From NCBI RefSeq assembly GCF_009914755.1, contig NC_060925.1: DNA of 64,000 bases. The stretch is one strand, 5' to 3'. The DNA is from the human T2T-CHM13v2.0 reference genome, Homo sapiens. Positions 54,948 to 64,000 of the stretch are shown one piece after another (the first letter of the stretch is position 1; each line of letters begins with the position of its first letter). The position numbers and the translations under genes are program-made. Under the pieces are notes generated by a model. The model was not told where the DNA came from, made no database searches, and was given only the letters and a program-made list of their open reading frames with translations.

Positions 54948-57630
54948 AGCAGCCTATAATCTCTAGGATTTAAAAAAATAACTCACCAATGAACAGAATT
55001 AAACTTCTCAGGTCTGTTGCTTTAAAGAATAGCCAATATTTGTGAGAAACAATTTCAAGAGAAGATTACTACAAAATGAAAATGTAATATGTCTGCATCA
55101 GTTAAATCTCCCAAAACAAATTTGCAATATTGCCTCTGACTTTGACGATTTTATTCTTTCAGTAACAGTCCAGATGGCATCCAATGAGTATTGACATCAT
55201 CATCATAAAAAAAGGCTAAGAAAGTCAAAATGGGATTTATTTAGGACAAAAATTAATATCAATAGATAATGATCTTAAATTTAAAGGATGAGGCATGAAA
55301 AAAACAATTAATAAACCTTTTATCTTCCTGGAAGATTTCCATTTGATATGTATAGTCATTTGTTGTGAGGAATAGAAAAAAAAAAAGACACATTAAAGAG
55401 TGTAAAAGGCTATAAGGTACCTTGAGAATGTAGAAAATAATTATTATTTAATGAAAGTGATAGCTAAGAATTCAAAAAATACCCTTTGGCTATCTGATAA
55501 GAAAACCTATGCCGATACTATAGCAAATCTAACATAAGTAATTTTTTGGCCTTGCAATAGATTAACTACCTAGGACGTAAGAAAATGTCTAAATCTGGGC
55601 TTAATCCAAGCCTCTGGAGGTGGTAATAAAGTCATTAATAATAATGGTAAAAACTATAATAATCTTTTCAGTTTTTGCTCACCTTCTATGTGTTCCATAC
55701 ACCAGTTAGAAATACTGAATTGTCCAGTGACATCACCATAAAAAATAAGGATAAAGTCCAAATATACCATTTTTTTCTTGTTCATCTGTTGTGTATGCGT
55801 TATCCAGAGTCACTCTTTTAGAACCATATATATTTTTAACACATGACTGGTAACAAGTTCTACCTTTTAATTACATAGGCTAAGTAAATTACTAACATCT
55901 CTTTTATGTCTGAAAGCTTCCTTTTCAAGGAATGCCTTCTTATGGAACCTCTCAAGCTCTGTGAAGTCTGCCTGAAGACTGGATTTAAAAATAGCATAAA
56001 ATGGTCCTAATTTAATTTATGGCCTGAGGAGCCCATATTCACGTGGTTTCGAATATGGGTAGGATTGTTTTCTTTTTCTGTCCAATATCCTCCCACCTCA
56101 CTCAAGACCTTACGTGGTCTTATTGATCACGGGAGCACACTGGAGCGGTGACTTTATGAACTAGGCTATCCGTGACCCTTGGGTCCCTTTAATGGGCCTT
56201 AACTGTTAGTGCTGAACCTGCCCTCCCAAAAGTCACCTTTGCATTATTTTTCATAAATGTATTATTTTCTATGTGGGTCAACTGGATCTCTCTTGATAAC
56301 TTTCTGTTCTTCACATATCTCAATGTTCTCATCTTTTTTTCTTTCTTGGCTTAGATGCCCACTTTTTAGTACAGTCTGACATAATCTGCAAGTTTGAAAA
56401 TTCCAGATGCCTATAAAGATAACATTTAAATGCTAGCTAAGATAAAACTCAACACCAGCTGGGATCCCCCAAACTTCCAGAAAGTTGTTTGTTTATGCCT
56501 GCACTATGTTTGCTGCCTTTTATGCCACTCCTTAACCTGCCAAAACAGTCCCAAACACTGCCATGGAGAGGCCTATTTGGGGTAGAAATGTATTAGAGGT
56601 TTGGGGAAACACTAAATAAAGTACATCGATTTCCCCTTTCCTCAAAGTCAAGAAACAAAGTTACAATCTTAGTGAAGTTCAATATTTCTTCACAGACTCT
56701 TGGCCTTGTGCCTGCACAATGAATGGATCACGTCAGGTTCCCATGTAGGGATGAGAGAACAGGAAGTTCATTCCTATGATTCTTGGAGTCTTTTTCAGAG
56801 AGTACTTAAGGATAGGCAAACAGTATTCTGTAGGCACAGTGATATATGTTGCAGAAAAATGTGCATTTTGGTCCATCATTAATGATTTACTGTTGAGTAC
56901 AGTTTACAATCTTAAGTAAAATAATTCATCTCCAGAGATTTATTTACTGCTTTTGGCCACACAGCAATAAAATGATTTGGTTGTACTGAGAAGAATTTCC
57001 CTTTACCAAGGCCATCACAGGGAGAAGGTATGGTGTTCCAGGTAAAGGATAGCATAATAGAACCATTTCAGTCAATCAACACAGTTGGTAGTCAGAGAGA
57101 AGGCTTCTTTGTAGATGTTGATAGACATATTTATGTATTTGGAAAGAATTTTCCCTTTATGGAATAGAGTTATTCAGAAGACAAAGGGTCCAGCTAAGTT
57201 TGGGAATAAGTCGATACACCTGAGTTACTTGCACAGAAATATCTCAAAGGAATTATTGTAATTATGTAATTATTGTAATTCCCTTGAGATATTGTAAGTC
57301 AATGGAAGCTGTGAAGGTTTTATTTTCCCAATCCAAAATCACCTCCAGTCCCAATAATATTCACTCCAAATATAAAATGGCAAATTCACATGTTCAGAAG
57401 GCACTACACAGAAGCAGCACCACAAGCGACAGCTATCTAGGAAAAGAAAACAGTCCCTGAGACTAGAATATATGGCTACAAAGAAAACCAAAGCTAAAAT
57501 CAAAGCATTTAGATATTGCCAATTTTGTACTGTTCCTTCGAACATTCTGGTGAAAATAAGTCAGAGCTTGTCTTTCATCTTGGTCGTATCAGATGGATCC
57601 AACCACATTTAAAAACAAATCATTTCTCTA

Positions 57631-57953
57631 ATTACTGTGATGGTTACTAGAGGCTGGGAAGGGTGAGGGGTGATAAAGCGAAGTTGGTTAACAGGTACAA
57701 AAATACAGTCTGATAGAAGGAGTAAGTTCTAGTATTCAATAGTACATTATCGAAATTACAGTTAACAATAATTGTTGTGTATTTCAAAATAGTTAGAAGA
57801 GAAGAATTGTAATGTTCCTGACACAAAGAAAAGATAAATATTTAAAGTGATGGATATCCCAATTACCCTGACTTGATCATTACCCACTTTATATATGTAT
57901 CAATATATCACATGTACTGCCAAAATATGTACAACTATGATATAAGATAAGAT
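57631..57953 (+). mobile_element. L1MA (MA3-like) 3' end
   Basis: 'gatggatatcccaattaccctgacttgatcattac' L1MA motif; 14-bp TSD aaat(c/t)atttctcta. Confidence 0.92.
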
Positions 57954-57967
57954 AAATTATTTCTCTA

Positions 57968-58400
<433 letters not shown>

Positions 58401-60514
58401 GTTTTATGTCAGAGCCCAAGTGGTTGAGATTAACATTCTTTACTATTTCTAACCACTTCAAGGTGCTAATTTACAATAAGGAAAGAGTAACAACCATTAG
58501 GGGAATATAGACTCTTTCATAGCAAGGTTAATTGAAGTGTCCATTTGACTATGTGACATCTCACTTTCCCCTCTTGTTCCGCAGCTCGATTGGCTATGTA
58601 GTTATTATGTGCAAGTTGCATAGTTACTCAGTTCTGTCAGAGAGGATGTGTGAAGAAGATGAAAAAGAAAGGACTAGCTTTTTGCAAATTGGTCATGTCT
58701 CTTGCGGATCTAGTTAACATTTCCTGTTTTCTGCAAGAATTAATTTTTTTCCTAATGAACTTTAAGAACTACCAATATTTTTAGTATACTCTTTCTTTCT
58801 TATTTATTTGTACATTATCTGTTTGTATCCTTGAATTTTCTCTGGGATGTTATAAAAGAAAAATATTACAAGCATAATTTCTGACACAATGTTTTATAAC
58901 TGTTTTCAAAAGCAATCTATTTCTCTCTTAATTTCTATAGAACCCATTTTAGTCATTCCTATGATGAATGAAAAAAAACTCACAATTAGTTGTCAGTTTC
59001 AGAAAGGAGTCTCAGAAGCATCTTAGAACCACCTAGGCGGTCTTATAGGCGTCACAGAAAAATATTCCACCTTACTTATTCTTATCTTCTTCAAACTGAC
59101 TCCAAATATAATAAGCAGGCTTAAGTTATATAAGGTTCCTTAAAAGTTGTTCTCAAAAACAATTAAATGCAGACTGTCCTCAGTAAAACTTGCATTGGCC
59201 CAGTCCATTTTACCAAGTTTGCTCCTTCTTACATGTACGACTGCCCCTGTGACAAGTTTAAGCCTACGTTAATTAATCATCTTTCCATAACACTGAGACA
59301 TATTCATCCAACCCTGAGAGGGATAAGGGGTAACAGGCAAGATATATTCAAATTGTGACATTTAAGGTCAACTTGACTTTAAAACTCATATACTGCTCAG
59401 TTTTCATATACGTGGCTGAAAACAAGTCATCACAGAGAACTGGTCACACTGTTAGAGGACCAAAATAGTAAAATATGAACAATTCTTCCATATTTAATGA
59501 TATTAAATATAACAGGTCCTATGTCTATGCAATTGAAGTCAACATGTCACTAATTAGGGCTTCCTTTGTTATCAAACTTGCTGAGAAGATAGAACAGTGA
59601 GGAAAAAATAGCAGGAATTGAGCTGTACAGAATTAAAGACATTCTTATGAACCTTAAGACTTAAGGTCAGTCACACTCATATGACATTTGGACTATTAGA
59701 CAACTCTTCTGACCTCAAATTTTGCTCTTACCAGTTGGTGATAATCCTTTGGTAAGAGAGCATGTTAAAAGTAACCAAATCAGATAAGGACTAGAAGTCA
59801 AATTTCAACAGAAGAGGGCAATGAGACTCCGTGCCTTAATTATCAACATTTTTATGATGAAGAACCTTCCTAAACTAATGAAAAATACAAGACAGAAACA
59901 GATGAAACACAGAAATGGCTGAAAAGAACTCCCTATTAATTTCTGACCATTTTCTTCCCTATTAACAGTGCTTGATGATCTGGAGTGAATACCTGCCTTT
60001 TTGGCTCCTGCCAATTAGTTCAGGAAGTTCCATCTTCAAACACATTCAGTGACCTGATTTAATAGGGGCCTTTTTATTTGATCGCCGCCAACAGGCAGTC
60101 CTACAGACTTTTATAATCACAGTGGGCTGCTTTACAGGCAAGTCAAATTCCAGTTTAATGAAAACCTACATCATTACAAGGAATTGAGAAGGGAATTCTG
60201 GTTTCTTTTCTGCTATGGCTTACACTGGAAGCATAGTAACTTTCCAATGAATCCATGCAGGAGAATGGAATTCATCCAATAGGGAAAGCCTCATTTTTCT
60301 CTATGGTAGAATGGTAGAATTAATGAATACCAAGAACACGAGAACATTTTGTAACATCCTGCTGGTTAAGTATGTTTCATTCCTAGCTAGGTTAATATGG
60401 ATAGGCTGGGGGCAGTGGTGGTGGATATTTCCAGAGATATTACCTGAAGTTTAACAAAACATTGGTTTTAAGCTTGTACATCATGAACTCGGGGACAGCT
60501 TCTCTCTCACACTC

Positions 60515-60821
<307 letters not shown>

Positions 60822-61149
60822 TCCCTCATACTTTCTTATGCACCAATCATGACCCATTTTGAAAGAGGCAGAGTGGTGGAAGGTTTGGACTTCATGTGCT
60901 GACTGGTTCTCTTTGTTAAGACTCAAATAAAACCACTGGAGTCCTATCCACTGAATGCTAGATCTCAAGACATAGCACAATGGGATTCCTGGTTACTTAC
61001 AAGCGGTCTTTATGGTTCCCCAGAACATCTTCCCTTGAGCCTGCTTCCCTTGCTGCTCCACGTGAACTAAGGCCAGAAACTAACAGCAAGCACATAGGAA
61101 CTGTGGGCTCTGTGCTCCCCTCGGTGTTTCTGTTCCATAGAGGCCCATC

Positions 61150-62260
61150 ATCTTTAGCGACTTGATTTTCTCATTCCACACACAACTCCAACAGGTATCT
61201 CATGTATTCATTGGTTTCAAATAAGTGTGTGAATAAATCCCTCTAAATTTCAGACCTGTATATCCAACAGTTTCCAGGGCATCTCATCTGGTTGTTCTAT
61301 ATACGTTGCCTGAAAGTGAATATAGCCAAAACATATCATGCCTTCGTCATTCTCTCCATGAAGAAAGAAAGGAAGAGAGAATCTCTTGTGTTTCCCAATG
61401 TGAAAGGCATAGTGGTGCATTCACTGTCAAAGTCATACATATGGGTGACATCACTGTTGGTAGGGCCTTCTCCCTTAACTCACCTGCCCCCCTCACTTCC
61501 CGCACCACCACCCCTAATCCTCCCATTGAGTTAGTAATGAAGTCCTTCCTATGTCCTGAAAGTCTCCCATGCATCCTGTTTTTTCTTAAATCTCACTGGC
61601 CTGCCTTGGGTCAAGCCTTCATCATCTCTGCTCTAGACTACAGCCACAGTCCCCAGCCTTGTCTCCCTTTTCTACCATCTGATGTTTATTCTCTACATTT
61701 CCCCCCACCCAGAGGAATATGTTTGGAAAAAAAAAAAGAAAAACAAATACTGCTATTTCCCTGCTCAAAATTTTCAATGGCTCTTTACTCTTTTCAGGAT
61801 GAAATTTGAACTCCTCCAGATTCTAACTGTTGTCTTCTGCCTTCCTCTCTGGAGTCATCTCTCTGCACTTTCCAAACACCTCATCCTGTGCAAAGGTCAC
61901 GCGACAATATTTGGAGTTCCCAGAGCTCGCCAGACCCTTTCACACCTTCGAGCTGTTGCACAGGCGCTCCTCTTTTCCCTGGCTAAGTCTGACTCAGGCT
62001 TTACAATGAAGCTCTGACATCACCATCTCCAAGAAAAGCCTCTGACCCCAGGAACCTGAGTGAAATTCCACACACTCCTGCAGCCCTCTGGGTTTACCTC
62101 TATTGTGGAAATTATCTCACTTTCTTGATTTGTCCTTCTCCTCCCTAGACTGTGATCCCCTCGAGGACAGACAGCATGGCTTAATTCTCTGTATCGCTAG
62201 GCCTGACAAAATGCTCACACACAGTAGGCTCCTGAACGATGTTTAATTTATTGTTAACAC
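61150..62260 (+). mobile_element. L2
   Basis: 'ggtcaagccttcatcatctctgctctagactacagc', 'ccctagactgtgatcccctcgaggacag...acacagtaggctc'. Confidence 0.8.
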
Positions 62261-62696
62261 ATAGGATTCCACAGATCCTGAGGTACAGCAGACTTCAGAT
62301 ACCCACTTCAAAGAAAACAAGGGAGTAATGCCTAGGTTCTTGTTCCTATGATTTATACTGTGAATAAAATAATTTCAGAGAAGTTCCTTTATTCACTTGA
62401 ACAATATTTAAAGGGCAAAAAAAATTAACAAAAGGTCTTTTTAAAAATGCAAATAATTTACATTTGTTGATAAAGCCATACAATCACAAAAGTGACCATA
62501 TGAATGCAAATATTCCTTCTAAAAAGTATAATTATTATTCACCCATCTAACAAATATTAATGAACCCCTCTGATGTTAGATGCTCTTTATGGTACAGGGG
62601 TTAGCAGAGTGGGTACATGGAAGCTTCCTGTAGTTTACACTATCATCTGGAAGGCGATTAATCAAATACTACTTACTGTTCATGAGTTTATAATTA

Positions 62697-63155
<459 letters not shown>

Positions 63156-63370
63156 TTAGACCTAAGGTGAGTGGGTCTCAACTGGGCATAGGGGAAAAGG
63201 AGGGAAAGCATTTTAGATGGAGGAAAAAACAGGGCAGGGATAAATCTTCAAGACCAGAGTGGCCATGGAAAAGTCACCTCTATAACTAGAATCAAGAGAG
63301 CGAGAGAGGAAGTGATACCAGATGAGGTCTGAGAGGCAGGGAGGGACTGATCCAGGATGCTGCTTAAGGG

Positions 63371-63815
63371 TGAAGAGGATCAGAACACGCCACCAAAAAA
63401 CATACCATTTTGGCATATTGATTATTCTGAGGTAAAGGCAATTGAGAAACAGAAAGTGCATGAAGGGCTCTCCACCTTTCCCTTTTCTGCCTAAAAGCAG
63501 GACATAGGTAAACGTACCCTTGCCAAACCCCAAAAACCAGAGACTAAAATGAAACACAGTCAGAGCCCAGAAATCATATTTTAACCATGAACACCCCAAC
63601 AATTACCCCCTGATTGACGTAATTTTCCTAAAAATCTTAAGCCCCTCCAACTAAATTAATCCTCCATTTTGTATAACAAATATAAAAACTAAACTTCCAC
63701 CGTAATACTAATACCTTCAGCATATCCCTCTGAAAATGTGTATGTTTCTCCTGTTAATCTGTCTTTTGTTATCTTAATTAGTAAGAACCATAAACAGACC
63801 ATAAGAGAGAACAGG
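63371..63815 (+). mobile_element. MER34-like ERV1 LTR
   Basis: 'tgaagaggatcagaacacgccacc..ttttggcatattgattattctgag' start; 'tctcctgttaatctgtcttttg' 3' motif. Confidence 0.75.
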
Positions 63816-64000
63816 AGCACTTTGGGAGGAAGAGGTGGGCAGATCACGAGGTCAGGAGATCGAGACCATCCTGGCTAACACAGTGAAACCCCGTCTCTAC
63901 TAAAAGTACAAAAAATTAGCCGGGCGTGGTGGCAGGTGCCTGTAGTCCCAGCTACTCGGGAGGCTGAGGCAGGAGAATCGCTTGAACCTGGCAGGCGGAA
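63816..64000 (+). mobile_element. 5'-truncated AluSc8/Y-like, runs off the window end
   Basis: 'gatcacgaggtcaggagatcgagaccatcctggctaacac' with S-type 'aatcgcttgaacc'; about 30 nt missing at the 5' end. Confidence 0.92.

Noticed and set aside
58614-58637. Call as MIR153
   Set aside because: Only the first 12 nt resemble miR-153-3p; the rest of the mature sequence and the 5' arm do not match
61306-61809. 167-aa ORF
   Set aside because: Lies within degenerate L2 sequence, non-ATG start, no recognisable domain

Overview
Primate, human-like non-coding DNA (intergenic or deep intronic), AT-rich, with roughly half of it made of recognisable transposable-element relics. These include about 22 Alu copies or fragments, L1PA/PB/MA 3' pieces, L2, MIR, MaLR and ERV LTRs, Tigger and hAT MITEs, plus microsatellites. 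I could not recognise any protein-coding exon, RNA gene, CpG-island promoter or host gene, so no gene symbol is assigned. Most ORFs in the track are Alu-, L1-, L2- or microsatellite-derived, or are short chance ORFs. I found no evidence for a new multi-gene system. Best-supported oddities: a twin-primed 5'-inverted L1 (21.2-21.5 kb), a young 100-bp tandem duplication inside a four-level TE nest (29.5-31.7 kb), a probable LTR-int-LTR MLT1 relic with nested L1 and Alus (11.8-15.0 kb), an L2-derived 37-bp minisatellite, and a 56-bp near-palindrome (57.2 kb). More speculative: a 184-codon open frame and candidate exon between inverted Alus (47-49 kb), and several motif-dense candidate enhancers (51.8-56.2 kb). 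Subfamily calls come from recalled consensus sequences, and boundaries of old elements are approximate.
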